Origin: a virus
Taxonomy: Duplodnaviria; Caudoviricetes
Length of the DNA: 29,952 nt
Strand: one strand, 5' to 3'
Virus record (IMG/VR): IMGVR_UViG_3300021085_000143
Location: 1-29,952 of that record
Shown: piece after piece, positions 6,831 to 14,669 of the stretch
Position numbering within the stretch: the stretch's first letter is position 1
How the letters are laid out: the number at the start of each line of letters is the position of its first letter
Position numbers and translations under genes: made by a program
Notes under the pieces: model-generated
What the model was told of the DNA's origin: nothing
Seen by the model: only the letters and a program-made list of their open reading frames with translations
Databases searched by the model: none

Positions 6831-6859
6831 AAACCTCCTAACTCACCAAAGGCAATACA

Positions 6860-7045
6860 ATGACAGACACTCAACAAGTAGACTTAAGTGAAAAGCCTTG
6901 CAGATGCGGTGATACAATGGGAGAGGTTATAGGATTTAGAGAGAGATCTACCGATAAAGAAAAAGTTATGCACAGGGTTTGTTGGTACTGCGCTAAATGC
7001 CACGCTACAGAGAAGGCAATAGGTAGAGAAACTTATGTAAATTAA
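6860..7045 (+). CDS. Small Zn-ribbon protein
   Basis: CRCG...CWYCAKCH; weak RBS. Confidence 0.6.
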   Translation: MTDTQQVDLSEKPCRCGDTMGEVIGFRERSTDKEKVMHRVCWYCAKCHATEKAIGRETYVN

Positions 7046-7080
7046 AACTGTTGACACTATTAATTCAAATAGATTAGTAT
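7036..7080 (+). promoter_or_regulatory. sigma70 early promoter with TGTAA-N11-TGACA repeat
   Basis: TTGACA (7051-7056), 18 bp, TAGTAT (7075-7080). Leader hairpin TGGTTGC-ACAAC-GCAGTCA at 7089-7107. Confidence 0.7.
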
Positions 7081-7105
7081 TTAATTACTGGTTGCACAAC
7101 GCAGT

Positions 7106-7126
7106 CACTCTTGACGGAGATAATTA
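7106..7126 (+). repeat. 21-bp intergenic direct repeat, copy 1 (CACTCTTGACGGAGATAATTA)
   Basis: 20/21 identical to 8261-8281. Confidence 0.9.
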
Positions 7127-7127
7127 G

Positions 7128-7424
7128 ATGCAAAATGTACCTGAAGGCCGTGTAGAAATTACCGGTGAAATCATTTACACAAAATGGTATGAAGGCGACT
7201 ACGGAGAAGTGCTGCAATGCACTATCCGCGACGATCGCGGTTTCAGAGTCTACGGATCAGTGCCTACTGTTATCGTAGATTACGCTAGTTCCGAGGACCT
7301 GGAATTAAAGGGCCAGAGAATCAGGCTTACTGGCACAGTAAAGCCCAGCCATGACGACCCTCAATTCGGCTATTACAAACGGCCGGCGAAATCGCAGCTT
7401 ATTCAAGAATCAGCCCTGCTATAA
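7128..7424 (+). CDS. Hypothetical protein, possibly OB-fold
   Basis: Beta-strand pattern RVEITGEII...GFRVYGSVP...GQRIRLTGTV...YKRP; strong RBS. Confidence 0.7.
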   Translation: MQNVPEGRVEITGEIIYTKWYEGDYGEVLQCTIRDDRGFRVYGSVPTVIVDYASSEDLELKGQRIRLTGTVKPSHDDPQFGYYKRPAKSQLIQESALL

Positions 7425-7443
7425 CTTCTCGGGAGATGAAGCT

Positions 7444-7647
7444 ATGAAAAAAGAATTGTATTTATTAACGCTCGCAATCATTGTCATTGCCGGGCTCAAT
7501 TATTCTGGCAAGCTTGAGAAACAAGATGCCGAAATCGAATCTGCTCAATACGCTTCCATGGTGTGCCTAGGCAGACAGACCGGTCAGCAATTTGGCTGGC
7601 CAAATTATCGCAACCTTGATATTGACTGTACGGAGATAAACCAATGA
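7444..7647 (+). CDS. Small membrane-anchored or periplasmic protein
   Basis: Likely start ATG 7444 (GGGAG upstream). MKKELYLLTLAIIVIAGL hydrophobic N-terminus, two Cys, GWPNY motif. Confidence 0.7.
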   Translation: MKKELYLLTLAIIVIAGLNYSGKLEKQDAEIESAQYASMVCLGRQTGQQFGWPNYRNLDIDCTEINQ

Positions 7648-7865
7648 GTTACCACGTTATCGAACGCGATGTTGAAATCCCTGAAATAAACCGCAAGAAA
7701 GGCGGAGTTTGGGCTGATCTTGCTGATAAAATGTGTGTAGGCGACAGCGTTGAGCTACAGAATACAAGTGAAGTTAGCGGCTTAGTGTCGGCCTTAAAAC
7801 AACGGAACTACAATGCAGCCCAACGTAAAAACCTTAACAAATACAGGGTCTGGAGAACCCAGTAA
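7644..7865 (+). CDS. Small putative DNA-binding protein
   Basis: IERDVEIP...W..L...M.VGDS...YRVWR pattern of a common small phage protein; RBS ACGGAG. Confidence 0.65.
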   Translation: MSYHVIERDVEIPEINRKKGGVWADLADKMCVGDSVELQNTSEVSGLVSALKQRNYNAAQRKNLNKYRVWRTQ

Positions 7866-7879
7866 AAATAATTAGTATT

Positions 7880-7922
7880 TGTCACCTAAAAGGGTTGACA
7901 CCCCCAGTGGTTTCTGTAGAAT
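7880..7922 (+). promoter_or_regulatory. sigma70 early promoter with TGTCA-N11-TGACA repeat
   Basis: TTGACA (7895-7900), 16 bp, TAGAAT (7917-7922). Leader hairpin GGAGGGGCG-CGG-TGCTCCTCC at 7933-7953. Confidence 0.75.
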
Positions 7923-7970
7923 GGGAACCATTGGAGGGGCGCGGTGCTCCTCCCAAACGGGAGAAACATT

Positions 7971-8240
7971 ATGAAATTTGAAAACATTGCAGAAATTGGC
8001 CAAAAGATCCGAGCTTATGATTTCCAACCTATGCCTAGCCGTGATGACCAGTTCATTGAAGGCGTTGTCGTTGACAAAGGCTGGGTTATCCACCCTGAGA
8101 CTGGTCGTCAATTTTTTAAGGGCTACACTATCAGCATCGATGCTGACAGCTCTGAAGGCAGCGACCGAATCGGGGATACTGGTTATGTTCCTTTCGAAAC
8201 TTCTTTTGACTTTGATGCCAGGGTAGAAATCCTAGCCTAA
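7971..8240 (+). CDS. Hypothetical beta-rich protein (SH3-like)
   Basis: Likely start ATG 7971 after CGGGAGAA. IGQKIRAYDF...FIEG.V pattern. Confidence 0.7.
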   Translation: MKFENIAEIGQKIRAYDFQPMPSRDDQFIEGVVVDKGWVIHPETGRQFFKGYTISIDADSSEGSDRIGDTGYVPFETSFDFDARVEILA

Positions 8241-8247
8241 ATCAACC

Positions 8248-8261
8248 GCCCCTTCGGGGGC
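8248..8261 (+). terminator. GC stem with C(UUCG)G tetraloop; weak terminator or RNA-stability hairpin
   Basis: GCCCC-TTCG-GGGGC followed by only a weak U tract (ACTCTT). Confidence 0.5.
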
Positions 8262-8281
8262 ACTCTTGACGGAGAAAATTA
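8261..8281 (+). repeat. 21-bp intergenic direct repeat, copy 2 (CACTCTTGACGGAGAAAATTA)
   Basis: 20/21 identical to 7106-7126. Confidence 0.9.
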
Positions 8282-8493
8282 TGGATCCAGTAATTGCAGA
8301 CCTTAACCGCTACCTCGACGAGTGCGATGCTTCTATCGATGAGCAGGAAGCAGCCGAGCTCCAATTGTATCGAGATCGCCTAGACTGGGCGACTCGTGTA
8401 GTGTCAAACGAAACATTGACTCTCACTGAGAAGGCCCGCCGAATTGTTGCCGGCATTGAGGAAGAGGTAGAAGAGGCCCTCAATGGAGCTTAG
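8281..8493 (+). CDS. Hypothetical acidic helical protein
   Basis: Likely start ATG 8281 (MDPVIADLNRYLD) after GGAG. Confidence 0.7.
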   Translation: MDPVIADLNRYLDECDASIDEQEAAELQLYRDRLDWATRVVSNETLTLTEKARRIVAGIEEEVEEALNGA

Positions 8494-9985
8494 ACCCCAC
8501 CAGCAAAAGGGAATCGACATGATTCGTCATTCCCTTCAAACAGGACACATGAGGCCGCTTTTGGCGGCTCCTTGCTCTTACGGAAAAACGTACGTCGCCC
8601 TAACAATGATGCTTGCTTACGCAGCCCAGGGGAAGCGCAGTGTCTTTTATGCAGACAGAGTAAAGCTCGTACAGCAAACTGCCGACACGCTGGACCAAAT
8701 GGGCATTGATTACTCTGTCATGCAGGCGGACGACCCCAGGTGGGACCCTCGAAAACTTATCCAAATCGCTTCAATACAGACTGCCGTCAAAAGACCAAAT
8801 CTTAATTTTAGTTTCGGCATTGTCGATGAGGCTCACACTGTCTACAAAGGTTTCAGGGAAAAGTACCTGGATCGCTATGACGCAATCCCTTTTGTTGCGC
8901 TCTCAGCCACGCCATTCAGCAAGGGCTTGGGAGAGATTTGGGACGATCTTTTGATCCCGATTACAAGCGAAGAGCTGACGGAACTTGGTTACCTGGCGCC
9001 GATTGATTATTACGTCGGGAGCTCGATTGATACCTCAAACATTCGAACCAAGCGCCTGCCAACGGGAGGGACAGAGTTTCACCCAGATGATCTTGGCGCT
9101 GCCATGGTAGAGGATGACCAGCTGAGCGGTGACATAGTGGAGAATTACCTTAAGCATTCGCCTGATGGAGCCAAGCGCGCGATTGCATTCTGCCCGACTA
9201 TCGACCATAGCAAGACACTGGTAGATAAGTTTAACGCGCACCCTAGCGGCATCAAGGCGCGTCACATTGACGGTTATACCGACCAGGAGCTCAGGACTGC
9301 ATTATACGAGGACCACCAGGCTGGCAGATTCTCGGTGCTATCATGTTCCCGCTTGCTCGGGACTGGATACGATGCGCCCTATGTCGAAATGTTGATTGAT
9401 TGTTATCCCTGCAAATCAAAAATTGATTTCGTGCAGCGTTGTGGCCGTATAGCCAGAATTTCTCCTGAGACCGGCAAGACCAGGGCAGTCTATCTGGACC
9501 ACGCCGGAAATATCTCCAGGCACGGACAGCTCCCAGATACAATTGTGCCCTATCAGCTAGACGACGGCACCAAGCGTTACAACGAGGACCGGTTGATAGA
9601 GCAAGAAGAGCGCCAGCCAGTGCTCAGGCCGTGCCCGGTCTGTACAACGCAAATGAGCGGCAGAAGGTGCAAAGCCTGTGGCTATGAGCTGCCAGTAGAT
9701 ACCGAGCTTTATACTGACAATGAAATCCTCAAGAAGATTCAACGAGAGGATATGCCGAAGCCCGAGAAGTATGACATCACCGACAAGCAGCGTTGGTTCT
9801 CTGAGCTCTCAGCTTATGCGGTTCTTCGCGGGTACAAACAAAACTGGGCTGTCTACAAATACTCAGAAAAATTTGGAGTGGCGCCGTCTGGTATTGAGAG
9901 AGTGACCGCGAGCTCGATATCTGTGGAAGTAAAAAACTGGATTAAATCAAGGAATATTGCAAATGCACATAGACGAGCTGGCTAA
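8483..9985 (+). CDS. Superfamily 2 (DEAH) helicase with C-terminal Zn ribbon, RadD/UvsW-like
   Basis: LRPHQ Q-motif, APCSYGKT, DEAH, LSATP, GTGYD, QRCGRIAR, DHAGN, CPVC...CKACG. Confidence 0.93.
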   Translation: MELRPHQQKGIDMIRHSLQTGHMRPLLAAPCSYGKTYVALTMMLAYAAQGKRSVFYADRVKLVQQTADTLDQMGIDYSVMQADDPRWDPRKLIQIASIQTAVKRPNLNFSFGIVDEAHTVYKGFREKYLDRYDAIPFVALSATPFSKGLGEIWDDLLIPITSEELTELGYLAPIDYYVGSSIDTSNIRTKRLPTGGTEFHPDDLGAAMVEDDQLSGDIVENYLKHSPDGAKRAIAFCPTIDHSKTLVDKFNAHPSGIKARHIDGYTDQELRTALYEDHQAGRFSVLSCSRLLGTGYDAPYVEMLIDCYPCKSKIDFVQRCGRIARISPETGKTRAVYLDHAGNISRHGQLPDTIVPYQLDDGTKRYNEDRLIEQEERQPVLRPCPVCTTQMSGRRCKACGYELPVDTELYTDNEILKKIQREDMPKPEKYDITDKQRWFSELSAYAVLRGYKQNWAVYKYSEKFGVAPSGIERVTASSISVEVKNWIKSRNIANAHRRAG

Positions 9986-10388
9986 TCTCTGTGAAAAGCC
10001 CAGGAAAAACGGTTTAGGCTGGACTGTATGTTGCCCGGTGCATGGAGAGAAAAACCCCAGCATGAGTATCAAGCTAGGCAGGAAAGGCGATATTATCGCT
10101 CACTGCTTTGCCTGCCACGCCAACGGAATGGACCTGGCAGATGCCTTGGGGATAAGTAAATCGGAACTCTTCGCGCAGCCCCTGGAAAGGCAGAACGACC
10201 AGAACTGGAAACTAAATTCCACCAGGGACTCTGACGACGGATACATTGTAATCCACGAGAGCGCCCTAAAGCGCGGCGAGAAGCCACGCTACGATGATAT
10301 GATGGAGTATAAGCGAGCAATGGCTAGAAGGGCTCAGAGAACAGCCCTGGGCCTTGAGCAAACAATAATCCCAACGGAAAAACTTTAA
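9963..10388 (+). CDS. CHC2-type primase Zn-finger protein without TOPRIM domain
   Basis: CCPVHGEKNPS...HCFAC; about 141 aa; no TOPRIM E/DxD motifs. Confidence 0.8.
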   Translation: MHIDELANLCEKPRKNGLGWTVCCPVHGEKNPSMSIKLGRKGDIIAHCFACHANGMDLADALGISKSELFAQPLERQNDQNWKLNSTRDSDDGYIVIHESALKRGEKPRYDDMMEYKRAMARRAQRTALGLEQTIIPTEKL

Positions 10389-10576
10389 TGGCTATAGAAG
10401 ATTTGGTGAAAGGAAAGCTTTTGGCACAATTGGCGCAGGATAAGGCTGCTTACTTTGCGGCCGGGGGCAAGGTAACTGTATTGCCGCGACAAGCTTACGC
10501 CGACGCAAACAACAAGAAAAACCATTTAAGCTTTGGTGAGATTAAAAATAAGGCTCTTCAAAAGAAGAATATCTAG
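10388..10576 (+). CDS. SutA RNAP-binding-domain-like small protein
   Basis: LAQDKAAYFAAGGKVTVLP resembles the L.....AFL..GGKI..V motif of SutA-like proteins. Confidence 0.5.
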   Translation: MAIEDLVKGKLLAQLAQDKAAYFAAGGKVTVLPRQAYADANNKKNHLSFGEIKNKALQKKNI

Positions 10577-10590
10577 TTTTGTCAAGTGCG

Positions 10591-10599
10591 TGGTATAAT
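10591..10599 (+). promoter_or_regulatory. Extended -10 promoter upstream of terS
   Basis: TGgTATAAT; no good -35. Confidence 0.65.
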
Positions 10600-10633
10600 T
10601 TAGCAATATGAAGCATTTACAGGGTCCCATCAA

Positions 10634-11005
10634 ATGAGCTCAGAAGGCCGGCCACCTAGGGTGTTCACACCTACCGAGATCGAAGAATGTCAGCGCCTGG
10701 CAGCGTCAATAACAAAGCGCCAGCTCGCTGATTATTTTGGTTGTAGTTTCAATACGTTACAGGCCGCAATGCAAAGGCAGCCTGAATTTAATGAAGCGTA
10801 TAGGAAGGGTAAAGCAATGGCTATCATACAGATGGCCGGCTCCTTGCAGATGAAGGGGCTAGACGGTGACGTCGGGGCAGCTAAGTTCTGGCTATCTCAC
10901 CAGGCCGGATGGTCCGAGACCAAGCGCACCGAGCTCTCTGGCCCTAACGGTGATGCCATTGAAATGGACGTAGACATGAAGTGGACCATTGAGGTGGTTG
11001 AATGA
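10634..11005 (+). CDS. terS: Terminase small subunit
   Basis: GRP start, HTH (KRQLADYFGCSFNTL), A.KFWL...AGW, ELSGPNG..I C-terminus; directly upstream of terL. Confidence 0.8.
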   Translation: MSSEGRPPRVFTPTEIEECQRLAASITKRQLADYFGCSFNTLQAAMQRQPEFNEAYRKGKAMAIIQMAGSLQMKGLDGDVGAAKFWLSHQAGWSETKRTELSGPNGDAIEMDVDMKWTIEVVE

Positions 11006-11019
11006 GCGCCTACGCATAA
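11002..11019 (+). other. 5-codon mini-ORF (MSAYA*) bridging the terS stop and the terL start
   Basis: SD GAGGTGG at 10991-10997; ATG 11002 overlaps the terS TGA; its TAA (11017-11019) overlaps the terL ATG at 11019. Confidence 0.45.
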
Positions 11020-12425
11020 TGCCTGCAATGCAGATTCCCAAGAAGCTCCAGCCGTTTCTGAAGCCTAAGCGCATAAAATGTGCTGTGGGCGGGAGAGGAA
11101 GTGGGAAAAGCATGAGCATCGCGGACCTATGCCTGATGGACGCAATGACCAAGGGCATCAAGACGCTTTGCTTTCGTGAGTTCCAGAACAGCATAGATGA
11201 TTCGGTTCTAAGCATCCTTCGCGCTGAGATAGAACGCTTAAACCTCGCCGGCTTTGATGTGCAGAAGTCTCAAATACTTTACAACGACGAGCCTGCGTTC
11301 CGCTTCAAGGGTATGGCCCGAGACCCTGTTGCAATTCAATCAGCGCACGGGTTCCAACGCTTCTGGGTGGAGGAAGCTCAGACAATCTCCTTTGACTCCC
11401 TTAAGGCTCTAACGCCTACACTGCGCGAGGAAGGCTCAGAACTCTGGTTCTCGGCTAACCCCAGGTCCTCGCTTGACGCATTCAGTCAGCGCTTTATCAA
11501 ACCGTTTGAGAAGGAGCTACTGCGCGACGGGTTCTATGAGGACGAAGACCATCTGATCATCATGATCAACATTGAGGACAACTCTCTAGCGCCTGACGTT
11601 CTCAAGCGTGAGATGGAGGGCGACAGGGGGCGCATGAGCCCTGCCCTCTTTGATCATGTATGGCGAGGCCATTTCCTGGATGATGTTGAAGACAGTATCA
11701 TCCCAGCAGAGTGGTTCGATGCAGCAATCGATGCGCACGTTAAGCTAGGCTTTGAGGGTACCGGCGCAATCATTGCCTCACACGACCCCTCAGATGAGGG
11801 CGGTGATTCCAAAGGGTTCGCCCTCCGTAAAGGCTCAGTGGTCCTAGACATTTGCGAGAAGGTCACAGGAGACGTTGCGGAGGGTATGGACTGGGCGCTA
11901 CGCAAGGCCCGTGAGGTTCAAGCAGACTGGTTTGTATGGGACTGCGACGGTATGGGTATCGCCCTAAAGCGCCAGGTAGATCAAGAGCTCGATTCTACTG
12001 CGATGCAGAAGCACCAGTTCAGGGGCTCAGAGTCACCTGATGATGCCAACATCCCCTACAGCGGCTCAGACTCTAAGACCAATCGCGACACGTTCCTGAA
12101 TAAGCGCGCTCAGTATTGGTGGAAGCTGCGAGACAGATTCGAGGCGACGCATCGCGCAGTGACTAAGGGTGAGTATGTGGACCCGGAGAACCTTATCTCT
12201 CTGTCGTCTGAAATCCCCGTATTGCAGCAGCTCAGATCCGAGGTGTGTCGTATACCACAAAAAAGGTCAAACAATGGTAAAATCGCCATAATGACAAAGA
12301 TAGACATGGCGAAGAAATATCAATTGCCCTCACCTAACATGGGCGACGCACTAATGATGGCGATGTTTTCGCCGAAGCAGATCGCCAAGCAGGCGGTCAA
12401 AATCAATTTTCAGGGCTGGGGCTAG
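11019..12425 (+). CDS. terL: Terminase large subunit (PBSX/Sf6-like)
   Basis: GGRGSGKS Walker A, REFQNSI.DSV, FWVEEAQ Walker B, ANP, nuclease HDPSDEGGD, SPNMGDAL. Likely start ATG 11019 (or 11028). Confidence 0.95.
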   Translation: MPAMQIPKKLQPFLKPKRIKCAVGGRGSGKSMSIADLCLMDAMTKGIKTLCFREFQNSIDDSVLSILRAEIERLNLAGFDVQKSQILYNDEPAFRFKGMARDPVAIQSAHGFQRFWVEEAQTISFDSLKALTPTLREEGSELWFSANPRSSLDAFSQRFIKPFEKELLRDGFYEDEDHLIIMINIEDNSLAPDVLKREMEGDRGRMSPALFDHVWRGHFLDDVEDSIIPAEWFDAAIDAHVKLGFEGTGAIIASHDPSDEGGDSKGFALRKGSVVLDICEKVTGDVAEGMDWALRKAREVQADWFVWDCDGMGIALKRQVDQELDSTAMQKHQFRGSESPDDANIPYSGSDSKTNRDTFLNKRAQYWWKLRDRFEATHRAVTKGEYVDPENLISLSSEIPVLQQLRSEVCRIPQKRSNNGKIAIMTKIDMAKKYQLPSPNMGDALMMAMFSPKQIAKQAVKINFQGWG

Positions 12426-12428
12426 ACT

Positions 12429-14669
12429 ATGGCTGAGTACGAGAACGGAACGGAAGAGAAGGAAGAGGATAAGGAGTCGGGCCAGTACACCGAGGACGAT
12501 CTCTCGTACAAGGCTGATTACGATGAGCATCAAGACGTAATCAACTTACTGTCTTCGTGCCAAGAGGCGGACCACGACAACCGCGAGAACGCTCGCGAGT
12601 CCCACTTGTTCATAGACAAAAGGGACGGTCAGTGGGAGCCCATGTTCTGGAATTCTAACGCTAATCGTCCGCGCTACCAGTTCGACTCAGTGAACCCAAT
12701 CATTGATCAGATCTCTAGCGGCATCGAGGATGCTGACTACGATATCAGGGTGAGCCCAGCCGGCGGCAATGCGACGAAGGACGTTGCAGCGACCTATGAC
12801 GGCATCATTCGCAACATTGAGAATCTATCTAACGCTAAGCAGATCTACTCTCAGTCAGCTCGTGGCATGGTCACCGGCGGCTTTGATGCGTGGCGTGTAT
12901 GCCATAAGTATGCAGACGACAACTCATTCGATCAGGACATCATGATCGAGAAGATTGCTAACCCGCTTGACCGAGTATGGTTTGATCCAGCAGCAGAGAA
13001 GCAGGACAAGAGCGACTCTCGCTATGCGTTCGTGCTGCATCCGGTAGCCGTAGACGAATACGAAAGCCGCTGGCCTGAGGGCTCTGGCGAGTCTGTCTCT
13101 GATGACCGTGACGGCGATGCTTACTTTGACAAAGCCGAGGTCATTGTTGTCGGCGAGTTCCTGTATGTAGAGTCAGAGGACCGCGAGCTCGTGCTTATGA
13201 GCAACGGCCAGACCCATGAGGTCAGTGACGACTTTGACAAGATCAAAGACGACCTTGAGGCTATCGGGGTGACCGAGGTTAAGCGCCGCAAGCGCAAGAT
13301 GCACAAGGTCTGCTCTAGGTTCTTTGATGGCAAGGACTGGTTAGAGGATGACCGCGAAACAGTATTTAACCGAATCCCTGTGGTGCCTGTATACGGCAAC
13401 TTTAAGATATTCGAGAACAAAACGATTTATTGGGGCGTGGTTGAGAAGCTACTAGATCCGCAGCGCGTCCTGAACTATGCGATGAGCCGTGAGATCGAAG
13501 AGGGAGCTCTGGCGCCACGGGCTAAGTACTGGATGACCCCTGCCCAAGCATTAGGGCACGAGGACCAGCTACGCACTCTAAACACAAACAATGATCCGGT
13601 GCAGTTCTTCAACGCTGACCCTGAGTTCCCATCGGTCCCACAGCAGAACGGCGGAGCCCAGATCAACGCAGGTCTGCGCACTGTTGCTCAGGCAATGCAG
13701 GGCATGATCAACGCCACGGCTGGTATGTTTGCAGCCAACATGGGCGACAACCCTAACGCTCAGTCAGGCGTCGCTATACGCCAGCTACAAGACAAAGGCG
13801 ATAACGGTACTCTCAAGTACAGCCGGTCAATGGAAATCGCTATACAGGCTACCGGGCAGCTTATTAAAGACGCTATCCCCAAAGTATACGATACCGAGCG
13901 GACTATTCGTGTTCTCAAGGAAGACGAGTCCTATGACATGGCGGACATTAACCAGAAAGCGGTTGATAACGCTACCGGTGAGATTGTGGTGATAAACGAC
14001 CTTAGTGTTGGCGTCTACGACGTAGTATGCAAGGCAGGCCCAAGCTACAAGAATCGCCAGCAAGAGACTGTAGAGGCAATCACTAATCTAGCGCAGATAG
14101 ACCCGTCGCTGATGCAGATCGCCGGCGACCTACTATTGCAAAGCGTAGCTACCCCAGCGGCAGGCCAGATCGCAGAACGCAAGCGGGCCCAGATGATTCA
14201 GCAGGGCTTGATCCCTATGAAGCAGCTAACCGAGGAAGAGATGGCCGAGCTCCAGCAAGCGCAGATGCAAGCGGCTCAAGGTCAGCAGCAGCCCGATGCG
14301 GCAATGGTTATGGCTCAGGCAGAAGGCATGAAGGCTCAAGCAGAAATGCTTAAGGCTCAGATAGACCAGGCAAAGCTTCAAAATGAGCAGATGAAGCTAC
14401 AGCTCGAAGCTCAGAAGCTACAGTCTCAGATTATGGGTGACCAGGCTGATAATCAAATCGACGCATTTAATGCGGAAACCAAACGCATTGATTCTGAGGT
14501 TAAAGCTCAGCAAGCCGGCGCAACCATTGACCGCACCGAAATCCAGTCATTTGGCGATCAGCTAGACAACCAGGCTAAGATGACGGACCTTATGGATGAG
14601 CAGGAACGCAAGGCCCGAATGAAGGCAATGGGTGTAAATGACTTAATGAGGATCGCTACCGGTGGCTAA
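12429..14669 (+). CDS. Portal protein, P22 gp1-like
   Basis: After terL; 746 aa; GQW, VWFDP.A...D.SD, IPVVPVYG, DPQR..NY, SGVAI, G.YDV....GPSY..RQ motifs; long Q-rich C-terminal barrel helix. Confidence 0.92.
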   Translation: MAEYENGTEEKEEDKESGQYTEDDLSYKADYDEHQDVINLLSSCQEADHDNRENARESHLFIDKRDGQWEPMFWNSNANRPRYQFDSVNPIIDQISSGIEDADYDIRVSPAGGNATKDVAATYDGIIRNIENLSNAKQIYSQSARGMVTGGFDAWRVCHKYADDNSFDQDIMIEKIANPLDRVWFDPAAEKQDKSDSRYAFVLHPVAVDEYESRWPEGSGESVSDDRDGDAYFDKAEVIVVGEFLYVESEDRELVLMSNGQTHEVSDDFDKIKDDLEAIGVTEVKRRKRKMHKVCSRFFDGKDWLEDDRETVFNRIPVVPVYGNFKIFENKTIYWGVVEKLLDPQRVLNYAMSREIEEGALAPRAKYWMTPAQALGHEDQLRTLNTNNDPVQFFNADPEFPSVPQQNGGAQINAGLRTVAQAMQGMINATAGMFAANMGDNPNAQSGVAIRQLQDKGDNGTLKYSRSMEIAIQATGQLIKDAIPKVYDTERTIRVLKEDESYDMADINQKAVDNATGEIVVINDLSVGVYDVVCKAGPSYKNRQQETVEAITNLAQIDPSLMQIAGDLLLQSVATPAAGQIAERKRAQMIQQGLIPMKQLTEEEMAELQQAQMQAAQGQQQPDAAMVMAQAEGMKAQAEMLKAQIDQAKLQNEQMKLQLEAQKLQSQIMGDQADNQIDAFNAETKRIDSEVKAQQAGATIDRTEIQSFGDQLDNQAKMTDLMDEQERKARMKAMGVNDLMRIATGG

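Noticed and set aside
6446-6877. ORFs 6446-6631 (+) and 6548-6877 (-) as protein genes
   Set aside because: The first starts at a TTG inside the promoter spacer; neither has an RBS or protein-like motifs; the region is better explained by RNA structure.
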